A stretch of DNA of 64,000 nucleotides from an uncultured virus (IMG/VR IMGVR_UViG_3300028299_000004) (IMGVR_UViG_3300028299_000004), one strand, 5' to 3'. Positions 30,978-41,840 are shown, counted from the stretch's first letter. The notes: generated from the sequence alone by a model not told the origin. Translations and numbers: made by a program.

Positions 30978-31371
30978 TTACACATTTACATAGTTCTGAA
31001 TTTTGGTTAAAAATTAAAGAAATAGAAGCATTTGATGAAATAAAATTTACCAATTTTATGATTAATAAAATTGGACTTGGTGCGACCATATTTTATTTTA
31101 ATCTATTTAATAAATATCTAAAAAGTTTAGATTATAACTTTGAAAAGATAATTTCTTATGAAGATGTTATACATTATTTAAAATTTTGGATAAAACTTAA
31201 ATGTTTCAAAAGAAAAAATTTTTCCTTTTGCACTAGGATCATCGAGATTTATTTCAATATCTTTTATTTTATTTTTCATCAAAAATTCTTATCATCCATT
31301 TTTTATGTAATTTTCCCCAGAATGAATATATATTTAAGGGTCAATATTTAACAAACGCATTTCCGTAGAAT

Positions 31372-31405
31372 AAAAAAAACCTCAGAATATTCTGAGGTTT
31401 TTTTT
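31372..31405. terminator. Bidirectional rho-independent terminator
   Basis: A8-CCTCAGAATATTCTGAGG-T8 perfect palindrome, downstream of csp. Confidence 0.85.
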
Positions 31406-31426
31406 GGAAAAAAATGTATATCTTGG

Positions 31427-31621
31427 TTAATCTATTAGTTTAACATTAATTGCATTCAATCCTTTTTTGCCTTCAGTTAGTTCAAAACTAACTTCGTCAT
31501 TTTCAAATACCTTGTCTACTAAACCTGTAGCGTGCACAAAATATTCTTTTCCTGTTTCATTTTCAGCGATAAACCCAAACCCTTTGCTCTCGTTGAAAAA
31601 TTTAATTCTGCCATTCATCAT
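31427..31621 (-). CDS. csp: Cold-shock protein (CspA family)
   Basis: RNP1 KGFGFI and RNP2 FVH; KKGLNAINVK. Confidence 0.95.
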   Translation of the reverse strand: MMNGRIKFFNESKGFGFIAENETGKEYFVHATGLVDKVFENDEVSFELTEGKKGLNAINVKLID

Positions 31622-31690
31622 TTATTATTATTATTTTTTTTTATTGTAGAATAAACTACAAAGTGTATATAGTAAAAAACTTTTTATGTT

Positions 31691-32758
31691 TTAATCTATT
31701 TTTGATAGTTTTTCATTTATATTTTCATTATACCCAATTCTTATTAGTTTAATATCATTTTCTTTACAAAATCTAGTTTTTATACCATCTCTTATTTTTT
31801 GCTTTTTTAAACTTATAGATCCACCAAAAAATTCAATTGGTTTATAATGTTGTTCCCCATCGTATTCTATACAAATATTATATTTTGGTAAATAGAAGTC
31901 AAATGTTAGTTTATTTATATTTTTACAATTATCAAAACTTTTCTGGCACTGATAAAAAACATTTTTCCAATCGAGAATATCTCTTATAATTTTTTCACCA
32001 ATGGATTCTTTACATTTAGGGCATCCCGAACCATTTATATGATCATTTGGTATTTGTTCAAATACTCCATGTTTAGGACAAATTATTTTTACTTTTGTTT
32101 TAGAATTAATGTAATTAGTTAAAGAATAATCATATTTATTATTATGTATTAGATTAGATTTTTCTATAAAAGTATAGATATCATCAAACATATTTTTTTT
32201 GTAACATAGATTACACCCCTGTTTCTTTTTTAGATGTGCATATGGATATTGTTCAAATACTCCATGAATAGGACATATTATCTTAATTTTCGTTTTATTA
32301 TTTTTATAATCAACTAAAGAATAATCATATCTATTTTCGTGAATTTTTTTGCATTCATTAATAAATTCTTCGGTAGTTGGTATATTTTTTTCACAAAATG
32401 GACATTTTTGTTTTAAGTTAATATGATTATTTGGTGTTTGTTCAAATATTCCATGAATAGGACATATTATCTTAATTTTCGTTTTATTATTTTTATAATC
32501 AACTAAAGAATAATCATATCTATTTTCGTGAATTTTTAAACATTTATCTATAAATTCTTTGGTGTTTGGTTTATATTTTTTACTACATTTAGAACAACCT
32601 TGTTTTCTACATATGTGATGATATGGTGTTTGTTCAAATATTCCATGAATAGGACATATTATCTTAACTTTCGTTTTATTATTTTTATAATCAACTAATG
32701 AATAATCGTACTTGTTACTATGGATCAGATTAGATTTTTCTATGAACTTTTTTTTCAA
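31691..32758 (-). CDS. Putative homing endonuclease: four DUF723-like zinc repeats plus Vsr/DUF559-like nuclease
   Basis: Four YDYSLVDY...KIICP.HG.FEQ.P..H....C..C repeats; FDFYLP...IEYDGEQH; TTG start. Confidence 0.8.
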   Translation of the reverse strand: MKKKFIEKSNLIHSNKYDYSLVDYKNNKTKVKIICPIHGIFEQTPYHHICRKQGCSKCSKKYKPNTKEFIDKCLKIHENRYDYSLVDYKNNKTKIKIICPIHGIFEQTPNNHINLKQKCPFCEKNIPTTEEFINECKKIHENRYDYSLVDYKNNKTKIKIICPIHGVFEQYPYAHLKKKQGCNLCYKKNMFDDIYTFIEKSNLIHNNKYDYSLTNYINSKTKVKIICPKHGVFEQIPNDHINGSGCPKCKESIGEKIIRDILDWKNVFYQCQKSFDNCKNINKLTFDFYLPKYNICIEYDGEQHYKPIEFFGGSISLKKQKIRDGIKTRFCKENDIKLIRIGYNENINEKLSKID

Positions 32759-32784
32759 ACTTATTCTTACTTTTCTTTTATATA
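32757..32784 (+). promoter_or_regulatory. Putative early/middle promoter AAACW-N15-17-TATA (representative copy, before polB)
   Basis: 17-nt spacing also before the topoisomerase, DinG, 17897, 43473 and gp55-like genes; 15-nt spacing before uvsY, csp and 40533. Confidence 0.5.
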
Positions 32785-32804
32785 TTAAAAAATGATTATT
32801 CTTT

Positions 32805-34325
32805 ATGATTGTAGATTATGAATATAAATCAAACCAACTAATCCTATCTTATATAGGAGATGATGGTAATATAAAATTAAAATATTATAAATGGGGGAAT
32901 CCAACAAAATTTGTTATTTGTGATGATGATGACCCAGATAAACATGGTAAGTATGTCACATGGGATGGTAAATCAGTAAAAGAAATCTATACTAGAAATC
33001 CAAATAGATATTCTATTTATGAATTCTTAGATAAGTTACCAAAAGAAGAACAGGATAAAATATTTCCATATAAAGAACCTAATATATTTTTTATAGATAT
33101 TGAGAATGAGATATTGGATAAAAAACCAGAACCACATTTAGCGGAGAGTCGTATTCAAACAATATCAATAGTTTTTAAGGATAAAGTTATGGTTATGGGT
33201 GTAGAGGAATTAACTGACACACAATCAGATTCAATAAATGAAGATATAAATAATTATTTTGAAAAATTCGGAATAAAGTATAAGTTTAAATATACTAGAT
33301 ATAAAAATGAATATGACTTACTATTAAATTTCTTTACAAAACTTGTTCCTAACATGCCTGTTATGACAGGATGGAATTTCCTAGATTATGACTGGGTATT
33401 TCTTGTTAACAGAGCGAGGAGAATTGGAATAGACCCATCAGTATCATCATATACGAAGAAATTAGTTACTAGTTTTGATGATACAATATATTGGGAGATG
33501 CCCGCACATAGAATCATTGTTGATTATATGGAATTATATAAAAAGTGGGATACATCTATTAAAGTAAAAGAAAGTAATTCATTAGATTTTGTATCTGATA
33601 ATGTTCTTGGTGTTAAAAAAGTTAATTATGAAGGTAATCTCAAAATATTACATGATACTGATTATAAGAAGTTCGTTTATTATAACGCGGTAGACTCTAT
33701 ATTGGTTCAGAGAATCCATGAAAAAATGAGATATATTGATGTCCTATACGGCATCGCAACACTTTCTGGAATTAAACTCTTGGACGCGTACAATACATTA
33801 CCAGTTACAGAAGGTATTTTAAGAAAAAAATTAAAAACACAAAAGAATGTTGTTTTATGTAAAGGTGATGATGTTGAAACTGAAGGTGTTGAGGGTGCTT
33901 GGGTTATGGTACCAAAACGAGGTATGGCACAATGGACCTGCTGCTATGATTTCGCCTCCCTATATCCAACAACTATGATACAATTTAACATATCAGCGGA
34001 CTCATATAAAGGGTTTACAGATAGAGAAATCATAAGATCTAGAAAGGCAAATAGATTAAAATATTCTGATAAATATAATAGCCTAGAAAAAGTAGATAAA
34101 GAGACTTCTGTATTTAATAATCACAGAATAGAAATAGAAAAAGATGATATAGTATTATTAAATGGGTCGGTATTTAAGAAAGAAGTTGGTGTTGTAAGTG
34201 AAGTTATGAGTGAGATTTATTCTGGTAGAAAATCATATAAGAAAAAAATGTTTTTAGCTCATAGTGAAATGGAAGAATACAAACAAGAAATGGATAAAAT
34301 AGAAAAAGAGTTATGTAAAATGTAA
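32805..34325 (+). CDS. Family B DNA polymerase, N-terminal subunit (exonuclease and motif A) of an apparently split gene
   Basis: DIE (ExoI), GWNFLDYD (ExoII), YNAVD (ExoIII), YDFASLYP. Ends after RKSYKKKM with no KxxxNSxYG or YGDTDS motif. Confidence 0.88.
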   Translation: MIVDYEYKSNQLILSYIGDDGNIKLKYYKWGNPTKFVICDDDDPDKHGKYVTWDGKSVKEIYTRNPNRYSIYEFLDKLPKEEQDKIFPYKEPNIFFIDIENEILDKKPEPHLAESRIQTISIVFKDKVMVMGVEELTDTQSDSINEDINNYFEKFGIKYKFKYTRYKNEYDLLLNFFTKLVPNMPVMTGWNFLDYDWVFLVNRARRIGIDPSVSSYTKKLVTSFDDTIYWEMPAHRIIVDYMELYKKWDTSIKVKESNSLDFVSDNVLGVKKVNYEGNLKILHDTDYKKFVYYNAVDSILVQRIHEKMRYIDVLYGIATLSGIKLLDAYNTLPVTEGILRKKLKTQKNVVLCKGDDVETEGVEGAWVMVPKRGMAQWTCCYDFASLYPTTMIQFNISADSYKGFTDREIIRSRKANRLKYSDKYNSLEKVDKETSVFNNHRIEIEKDDIVLLNGSVFKKEVGVVSEVMSEIYSGRKSYKKKMFLAHSEMEEYKQEMDKIEKELCKM

Positions 34326-34334
34326 AATAAAATT

Positions 34335-35147
34335 ATGGAAGAAAAAACAAATGAAAGATTTAATATTGAGTTTGATGTTGAGAAAACATTCTTAGCGTTA
34401 ACTAGTTATAATGTAAGATTCGGACAAGAATATACATTAGAGCCACTTTTACCAAAAGGTATAAAAGAAGATGAATATGGGAATTATGTATATACTATCG
34501 GAGAAAGTAGAACAATGTTTACCGCACACCTAGATGACGCGTCTTGGGGTAATAGTGGGAAAAAGGTTACTCATAGAAGAGATGGTGATTTTATAACAAC
34601 TGATGGTTCAACAATTTTAGGAGCGGATGATAAAGCTGGTGTTACGATTTTAATGTATATGATAAATAATAGAATACCAGGAACTTATTATTTCTTTTTA
34701 GGTGAAGAGAGTGGAATGCAGGGAGCGAAAGGAATTTTGAGTATAAAAAGAGAATGGTTTACTGAGAATTTTGATAGATGTGTCTCCTTTGATAGAAGAG
34801 GATATGGTTCAATTATCTCTAGACAAATAGGTAGAAAAGGATGTTCCGATGAATTCGTAGACACATTAAAATCCCAATATGACTCATTAGGACTTCCACA
34901 TAGAAATGACCCAGGTGGAATATATACCGATAGTGCTTCATTTATTGGAATAATCCCAGAATGTACCAATATATCAGTTGGATATTTTAATGAACACACA
35001 TCATATGAAAGACAGAATATAATTTACTTAGAAAAACTTTGTAAAGCGTCAATTAAGATTGATTGGGAATCATTACCAACAGTTGGTGTTAAAGGTGGTG
35101 GAGATGATAGATATTATGGATTTGGGGAATATGGTGATTGGTATTAG
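34335..35147 (+). CDS. M28/M20-like zinc peptidase
   Basis: HLDD, GADDKAG, GEE, FDRRG, YTDS, NISVGY..EH. Confidence 0.8.
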   Translation: MEEKTNERFNIEFDVEKTFLALTSYNVRFGQEYTLEPLLPKGIKEDEYGNYVYTIGESRTMFTAHLDDASWGNSGKKVTHRRDGDFITTDGSTILGADDKAGVTILMYMINNRIPGTYYFFLGEESGMQGAKGILSIKREWFTENFDRCVSFDRRGYGSIISRQIGRKGCSDEFVDTLKSQYDSLGLPHRNDPGGIYTDSASFIGIIPECTNISVGYFNEHTSYERQNIIYLEKLCKASIKIDWESLPTVGVKGGGDDRYYGFGEYGDWY

Positions 35148-35207
35148 TAATTGGAAAAATAACACTATATCATATAACTATATAATATTATAAAACTATT
35201 AAAATTT

Positions 35208-35603
35208 ATGGAAAATATGGAAGAAAATAAAGATAAGAAGGTTAATTTTTATGGTAAGATTGTTCGTATGCCTAAAAACACAAAAGCGTCCCATTCTATT
35301 TCTTTCCTCGAAAATATAAAAGTTTCTAAACAAAAACTATGGTATATTCTTATTCAAAAACAAGATGATCAACTTCAAATGATTAAATACAATAATAAAA
35401 TGGGAGTTGATATGAATAAATTTGTTGAGAGTCTTAAATTATATTATGAACATAATGAGAATATATCAGAACATATACAAAATCTTCAAATAGACGGCAA
35501 TGATAAGTTTTCAATAATAATGAATATTCCTAAGGTTGAAATAGATGGTAAGAAACTTATATCAATAATAACAGAAGACCTAATAAAATTACTTTATAAG
35601 TAA
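35208..35603 (+). CDS. Hypothetical protein
   Basis: 131-aa ORF. Confidence 0.65.
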   Translation: MENMEENKDKKVNFYGKIVRMPKNTKASHSISFLENIKVSKQKLWYILIQKQDDQLQMIKYNNKMGVDMNKFVESLKLYYEHNENISEHIQNLQIDGNDKFSIIMNIPKVEIDGKKLISIITEDLIKLLYK

Positions 35604-35713
35604 AATTTCCTCATTCCTTCACTTTTTTTCGTTATTCTAAAATCTACTATTTTACTACCGTCATTTTAAGACAGTGGTAATAAGATTTTATCAAAATCAA
35701 ACAAAAGAAAATT

Positions 35714-37894
35714 TCATAAAACAAATTCATTTTTGATTTTATGAATTACCATTTCAGGTGTTATTGATTTTGAACATATAAATTTATCCACATTGTCTTT
35801 ATTTACAGGACACCAATTCCAATCTCCTCTATCAAAATCAAATCTTGTATCATTAAAACATCCGTTACAAACATTTGGATTATGGATTCTTATAATATTT
35901 TCTTTGAATTCAAATTCAGGTTTACTAAATCCAGAAATCATAACAGTTTTCTTACCTAACGCCCATGTTAACCACGATAATCCAGAGGATACCGTTATCA
36001 AAAATTCGGAATGATATATTATATTCATTAATTCTTTTAGTGGTAGACCTGTTCTATCAATTATATTTGTCAGATTAGTTTTTTCTTTACTAACAACAAC
36101 TACTTGAAAACCAAGAGATTTTAATTCATCACATAGTATTTGCCATCCATTTGGATAATTCCAATATTTCGCACCCGCGGTTGAATGTTCTGATATACAG
36201 ATATATTTTCCTTTTATTGGTTTTTCACCCTTTTCAAATGATACTTTAGGTCTAATTTCTTTGAATTCTAATCCAAGTATATCTGAAATAGTTTGTTGTA
36301 AAGGAATTGTCCTATAATCATTTGGGTGTAAATCACGATTGCCACCCCATGGTGGTGAAAACCAACCAGTTTTATAGGTAGCGTATATTGGTGGAAAGTC
36401 ATAATCAAATCCAACAAATTTTATATCTGGATATTCTTTTTCAAATAAATAATTATGATGTGTTGTACAATAAACATTACAATTATGTTTTCTTCTGAAT
36501 TCTTCTACATAAGGAACCCAACATATGGTATCACCCAATGATTTACTTTCAAATTTAATAAATACATTTTTATTTTCAAAATTGGTAATTACTTCGTAAT
36601 CTTCATTATCTTCTAAATCTTTCATTGAAATTCTATATTCATTAAAACATTTCTTATTTAGTTTAGTCCAATATCTTTTACCATTTTCTAATATACCATC
36701 TTTTGGTATTTGAGTTTCATATACAATGTTATTACTCTTTAAATCATATATCTTTATATCAAATTTTTTTTTCATTGTTATTGACGATGATAAAGTAATT
36801 GATAAACCATCATTCATATTGATATCGGTGGTTATTTTAGTTTTTATTGGATTTTGTATTTTTATTGGTGTATTATCATATATGTCAATTATTTTATCTC
36901 TAACTCTTTCATTATCAAATTTTTCATCTATTTCTTTTATATTATAATATATTTGTTCTAGTAATTTTACGATATTTGACCAATCATATTCTTTCACTGA
37001 CTCAAGTGATTTTTGTTGTAAAAGATTATAATTATTAATTACATATCTTATTTTTTTTACAACGTCATTGGTATCTAATTTAGTTCTTATTAAACCACCA
37101 ATTTCTTTTTTTCCACTGTATGTCCCAACAACTAGTAATCCACAGGATAATGATTCTAGTAATGTTAGATTTGGTTGCCCAGCTTCTAAATTAGATTGGT
37201 GTAAGAATATTGTATGTGAATTATAAATTTCAACCAACTCATCTTCTCCTGGATCACTTATAATATTCAATCTATCATATTCTAATAAATCTTTATGGTG
37301 GTCAAAAAATGATTTATTTCCATTTGGACCAACTATAGTTATTGGTAAATCTAGTTCTTTCGCCGCTTCAATCGCGTACCGAAATCCCTTTCTATCTTCT
37401 TCTGGTTTACCAATCAATCCATTATTCGCGACACATAGGAGTTTATGTGATAACTTTTTATAATCCTTAAATTTATATTTTTCTGTATCAACACCATGAG
37501 ATAAGAAAAATAATTTATCTGTTTGATCAAAATAGTCAATCAAATATTCAGCGTGAGTGATAGATATTATTGATTTTTTCATCGCATCCAAATTATCTTT
37601 AAAAACTTTTGAATCTTTTCCCCACTTGTACGCGTGATGATCATGTAAGGAAAATAAAAATCTTTTCTTATGAATTTCATAAATATCAGTTACCGCTTGA
37701 TTGTACATATGACAATGAATTATATCATAATTCTTATCAACGAATTTTTGTGGTACACAAATATCAACAGTATGACCTAATTTTTCCAATTGTATTTTAT
37801 AGTTCCATATAACTTTTTCAATCGCACCCCATCCCTTTGGTGGTATTTCTATATTGCCTGGACTTATATGACATATTTTTAGTTTATCTTTCAT
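35714..37894 (-). CDS. GT4 glycosyltransferase fused to a TibC/AAH-like autotransporter O-heptosyltransferase domain
   Basis: N-terminal IPPKGWGAIEK, RKG and EAGQPNLTLLESLSCG (GT-B/GT4). C-terminal SLGDTICWVPY.EEFR.KH.C, PLQQ...DILGL, STA.AKYWN...GW, SSGLSWL.WA, ISGFS....EF, CNGC...WCP...C. Confidence 0.85.
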   Translation of the reverse strand: MKDKLKICHISPGNIEIPPKGWGAIEKVIWNYKIQLEKLGHTVDICVPQKFVDKNYDIIHCHMYNQAVTDIYEIHKKRFLFSLHDHHAYKWGKDSKVFKDNLDAMKKSIISITHAEYLIDYFDQTDKLFFLSHGVDTEKYKFKDYKKLSHKLLCVANNGLIGKPEEDRKGFRYAIEAAKELDLPITIVGPNGNKSFFDHHKDLLEYDRLNIISDPGEDELVEIYNSHTIFLHQSNLEAGQPNLTLLESLSCGLLVVGTYSGKKEIGGLIRTKLDTNDVVKKIRYVINNYNLLQQKSLESVKEYDWSNIVKLLEQIYYNIKEIDEKFDNERVRDKIIDIYDNTPIKIQNPIKTKITTDINMNDGLSITLSSSITMKKKFDIKIYDLKSNNIVYETQIPKDGILENGKRYWTKLNKKCFNEYRISMKDLEDNEDYEVITNFENKNVFIKFESKSLGDTICWVPYVEEFRRKHNCNVYCTTHHNYLFEKEYPDIKFVGFDYDFPPIYATYKTGWFSPPWGGNRDLHPNDYRTIPLQQTISDILGLEFKEIRPKVSFEKGEKPIKGKYICISEHSTAGAKYWNYPNGWQILCDELKSLGFQVVVVSKEKTNLTNIIDRTGLPLKELMNIIYHSEFLITVSSGLSWLTWALGKKTVMISGFSKPEFEFKENIIRIHNPNVCNGCFNDTRFDFDRGDWNWCPVNKDNVDKFICSKSITPEMVIHKIKNEFVL

Positions 37895-37899
37895 AATAT

Positions 37900-40533
37900 T
37901 TAATATATTTTTTCATAACATTTTGTAAATAAATGACTTTCTAGATTTAAGATTTTTTTCTCAACTTTTGAGATTATATCCGTTCTATCACCATAAAAAT
38001 CTATTAAATTTTTCTTTATTAATAATGGTGAATCTTTATCCGAGAATAGATACGCGTCGTTTGATAAATCATTATTCATAACCCAATTTTTAAATCCATC
38101 AGTTATTTTTTCATTACCATTTAATAATAATATCCACTCTTCTTGACCTTCCATATATTTAACCCCCAATAATCTAGATATATTTTCCCAATATTGGTCA
38201 TCTTTATTTACAGAATTATTAAATTCGTGGACAATAAAATTTACATTGTCCTTATGATTTTCTTCATATGTTCTATTTAATAAATCTTCATCTTCTTTTG
38301 TTCCATCAAAGAAACAATCACAAGTTGAAATATTAACAACTGTGCTAATACTTTTAACAGAATCAATTACTTTTTTTATACTATTAAATAAATTTGTATT
38401 ATAATTTATAACAGTTCCGAGTTTGATGGTTTTTTTAATCTTATTTTCAAATGTTCCTCTATTTGATAATAAATCATCAAAATTATCTTTATTTATTGGC
38501 CCAAATGTTTCTTCCTCTAATAACTTGTTTGTATTGGAATCCAAGATTCTAGTTTCAATTACGATATTATCCTCTTTAATTTCTATTTCTTCATTGAAAA
38601 TTATTTTATTATTTATTTCTCTCTCATATGATTTAATGGCATTTCCATCAACAATGTAATTTACTATTAATTTACGATTATCTATAACATTGTTTGATGA
38701 AAACCATACAACAAAAGAATTTTTATCTTTTACTTTCAGATATGTTAAATATTCTACACCAGAGAATATATTTATTTTACCTGTAAATATCTCATCTTCT
38801 GTTGTTTCTTGAATAAAAATTTTATCTAGTTTGTTTTCTAGTTTTTTGTAAAAATATCTTTCTAAGAAATTATCACAATCTAATTTTTTACACTCCTCGT
38901 TGAATTTTTCTGGTGTTCTTGGATTAGTAAATGTATTTTTATATAAATCAATATCAATTATAAAAAATACAGTTTTAAAAACATCTAATTTATTATCAGA
39001 AAATTTCATAAAATATCCACTCTTTTTCCCAACATCAATACCTTTAGAAATACTATCTATCTTATTAATATCTTCATCACTAAAAATATAATCATATGTT
39101 ACATTTATAACTCTTGTATATCCCAATGATGACGCGAGTTGAACGCTGTTTTCAATATTATTTAAAACTGTTAGAGATTGATTCAATTTATTTTTTCTTG
39201 GGATTTTATCAAAAATTATATCAGCTCTAAATTCATTTGTTTCATACCAATAATTTTTATATAACGAATGTTCAATCAATGGATTATAATTATCATATAT
39301 ATAATAATCAACCATATTTTGTATCTCCCTATCAACTGGTATATGAGAAGATAATATTATTTTTTTACCATGTTTCTTTATAGATTTTATACACTCTTTT
39401 GTTATATCACTTTTAATCTCAGTATCTGGATATGTTGATAAAATGAAAATTTCATCAGTATTTTTTGGTATTATTTTTTCCTCTGTTTTTATAATTGGTT
39501 TTGTTTCAACTTTTTGAAAATATAAATCTTTAGAAAAATCTTGTTTTTCACTATCAAATTTAAAATCATTAAAATTATATACTGTTTCCGAATCTGTTCT
39601 TATATCACCAGATAAATAAGTTATTAGCTTTTCTTTATCATATTTACCACAATAAACATCCAATGGGAATAAAAATTGTGGAATCTTATATTCTAACGCT
39701 TCTTTTATAACAAGTGGATTTAATTCTTTATCAAAACGAAATCCCATTGATGTAAATAAGAATATATCACACGATTTATAGAAATCATCAACATCTTTTC
39801 TTTCTCCCCAAATAATACAATTGTCTGGTTTATTTTTCATAAGTGGTTCCCAATAATGTTGAAAATTTCCAGCTTGGTTACCAACAAAATGAAATTTAAT
39901 TTTTTTATCAGTTAATTGTCTAGCGATTTCAAACGCGTACGCTTGATTTTTACGAGGTGTAAATAATCCAACATTTAATACATGTTTATACTCTGGATCT
40001 AATCCTAGTTTCAACATTGATAATTTCTTTTTAGATAATAATCTTTTTTTATTTTCAATGGGGTATTCAACCACATCTATTGGAACTCCAAATCTATTAA
40101 ATTTGAAACAATTATATTGGCTAACAAAGATAAATTTATCTGGAAAGAACATTTTATTATCAACATTATAATCGGAAGAGTGAGTTGTCTCAAATATTTT
40201 ATATCTTCTATTGGAATTATATAATCTTGTGGATATCTCATATTCCATAAACATCTCTGGTATTTCCTCCAAATGAATTATATCTGGATTAATCCTATTT
40301 ATTATAGTAAACAATTCTGTTTTATCATCACCAAGTGTGAAAAATTTATCATTATCAACTAATTGTTTTATTCTATTTTTTTGAATAACATAATGTTGAG
40401 ATATATTTCTATATTCTATTACATATACTTCATAATAATCTTTTATTAATTCTATTCTCTTTACTAAAACCTGGGGACCCCCCCCAGTTGACATATGTGG
40501 AGCAATTGATAATAATTTCTTTTTCATAAACAA
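37900..40533 (-). CDS. Multidomain glycosyltransferase (GT4 N-terminus plus further GT-like domains)
   Basis: PHMSTGG.PQ, VGLFTPRKNQ, ELNPLVIKEAL; middle domain ILSSH...DY.IYD..NP. Confidence 0.8.
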   Translation of the reverse strand: MFMKKKLLSIAPHMSTGGGPQVLVKRIELIKDYYEVYVIEYRNISQHYVIQKNRIKQLVDNDKFFTLGDDKTELFTIINRINPDIIHLEEIPEMFMEYEISTRLYNSNRRYKIFETTHSSDYNVDNKMFFPDKFIFVSQYNCFKFNRFGVPIDVVEYPIENKKRLLSKKKLSMLKLGLDPEYKHVLNVGLFTPRKNQAYAFEIARQLTDKKIKFHFVGNQAGNFQHYWEPLMKNKPDNCIIWGERKDVDDFYKSCDIFLFTSMGFRFDKELNPLVIKEALEYKIPQFLFPLDVYCGKYDKEKLITYLSGDIRTDSETVYNFNDFKFDSEKQDFSKDLYFQKVETKPIIKTEEKIIPKNTDEIFILSTYPDTEIKSDITKECIKSIKKHGKKIILSSHIPVDREIQNMVDYYIYDNYNPLIEHSLYKNYWYETNEFRADIIFDKIPRKNKLNQSLTVLNNIENSVQLASSLGYTRVINVTYDYIFSDEDINKIDSISKGIDVGKKSGYFMKFSDNKLDVFKTVFFIIDIDLYKNTFTNPRTPEKFNEECKKLDCDNFLERYFYKKLENKLDKIFIQETTEDEIFTGKINIFSGVEYLTYLKVKDKNSFVVWFSSNNVIDNRKLIVNYIVDGNAIKSYEREINNKIIFNEEIEIKEDNIVIETRILDSNTNKLLEEETFGPINKDNFDDLLSNRGTFENKIKKTIKLGTVINYNTNLFNSIKKVIDSVKSISTVVNISTCDCFFDGTKEDEDLLNRTYEENHKDNVNFIVHEFNNSVNKDDQYWENISRLLGVKYMEGQEEWILLLNGNEKITDGFKNWVMNNDLSNDAYLFSDKDSPLLIKKNLIDFYGDRTDIISKVEKKILNLESHLFTKCYEKIY

Positions 40534-40643
40534 TAGTTTTTCTTTTTATTATTTATAGATAAAAGTGTTGATAGTTTTAAAATATTTCAAATTTCTTGTA
40601 TTCTCTTTTTTATATATAAGAAGAAAAGTTTTTTTATAACTAA

Positions 40644-41840
40644 ATGGGATTCAAAACTAATACTTTATATCTAAGTGGTGGAACTTCGGGAGTTTTATTA
40701 ACAATATCAGGTGGATTATCAAGTACATCTGAGTATGGATCATTATATACAAATGTTGATGGTAAACTAATATATGAAGAAACTAATGGTGATCATTATA
40801 TTTTGGGTCCAACTGGTGGTACTAGTTTATCCGCATTTACATATACTGACTCACCTGGTAGTTTAAATATAGTTCAAGATGATGGTCAAACTTTCCCATT
40901 AGATTTAACAACATCATTAGATAATAGATATTCAGCTAGTGGTAGTTCTGGTACAAGTGGAACATCTGGAACAAGTGGTGTTGATGGTGATTTCCTTGGT
41001 TCAAGTGGAACCTCAGGTGATGATGGAACATCAGGTACAGATGGCACTTCAGGTGATGATGGAACTTCAGGCACAGACGGCACTTCAGGAACCTCAGGAA
41101 CTTCAGGCACAGATGGTACATCAGGCACAGATGGAACCTCAGGAACTTCAGGCACAGACGGCACTTCAGGAACATCGGGCACAGATGGCACTTCAGGCAC
41201 AGATGGTACTTCAGGAACTTCAGGCACAGATGGAACTTCAGGCACAGATGGTACTTCAGGAACTTCAGGTGATGATGGCACTTCAGGCACAGATGGAACT
41301 TCAGGTGATGATGGCACTTCAGGCACAGATGGTACTTCAGGAACTTCAGGTGATGATGGCACTTCAGGCACCGATGGTACTTCAGGCACAGACGGCACTT
41401 CAGGAACCTCAGGCACAGATGGAACTTCAGGCACAGATGGTACTTCAGGAACTTCAGGTGATGATGGCACTTCAGGCATAGATGGTACTTCAGGCACAGA
41501 TGGCACTTCAGGAACTTCAGGCACAGATGGCACTTCAGGAACTTCAGGCACAGATGGCACTTCAGGCACAGACGGCACTTCAGGAACTTCAGGCACAGAT
41601 GGAACCTCAGGAACTTCAGGTGATGATGGAACTTCAGGTACAGATGGCACTTCAGGAACTTCAGGTGATGATGGAACTTCAGGCACAGATGGTACTTCAG
41701 GCACAGACGGCACTTCAGGAACTTCAGGTGATGATGGCACTTCAGGCACAGATGGCACTTCAGGTGATGATGGAACTTCAGGTGATGATGGCACTTCAGG
41801 CATGATAATTATAAAGTTATATATATTAAAAGAGATATAA
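40644..41840 (+). CDS. Collagen-like Gly-Thr-Ser/Gly-Thr-Asp/Gly-Asp-Asp repeat protein (putative fibre), C-terminus apparently lost
   Basis: About 90 Gly-X-Y triplets; late-type promoter at about 40610; repeat stops abruptly near 41800. Confidence 0.75.
   Translation: MGFKTNTLYLSGGTSGVLLTISGGLSSTSEYGSLYTNVDGKLIYEETNGDHYILGPTGGTSLSAFTYTDSPGSLNIVQDDGQTFPLDLTTSLDNRYSASGSSGTSGTSGTSGVDGDFLGSSGTSGDDGTSGTDGTSGDDGTSGTDGTSGTSGTSGTDGTSGTDGTSGTSGTDGTSGTSGTDGTSGTDGTSGTSGTDGTSGTDGTSGTSGDDGTSGTDGTSGDDGTSGTDGTSGTSGDDGTSGTDGTSGTDGTSGTSGTDGTSGTDGTSGTSGDDGTSGIDGTSGTDGTSGTSGTDGTSGTSGTDGTSGTDGTSGTSGTDGTSGTSGDDGTSGTDGTSGTSGDDGTSGTDGTSGTDGTSGTSGDDGTSGTDGTSGDDGTSGDDGTSGMIIIKLYILKEI
40941..41801 (+). repeat. 9-nt-unit coding tandem repeat (GGN ACT TCA / GGC ACA GAT / GGT GAT GAT)
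   Basis: Visible directly as a GC-rich island. Confidence 0.95.

Noticed and set aside
35652..35680. Imperfect hairpin between convergent genes as an ncRNA
   Set aside because: Short and mismatched; at most a weak terminator.
40941..41801. CRISPR array or non-coding repeat
   Set aside because: It consists of 9-nt coding units with wobble variation and no unique spacers; no cas genes are present.
40886..41805. Alternative-frame ORFs (VPEVPS and MALQAQ repeats)
   Set aside because: Shadows of the Gly-X-Y repeat. Only the 40644 frame has a unique N-terminus and an upstream promoter motif.
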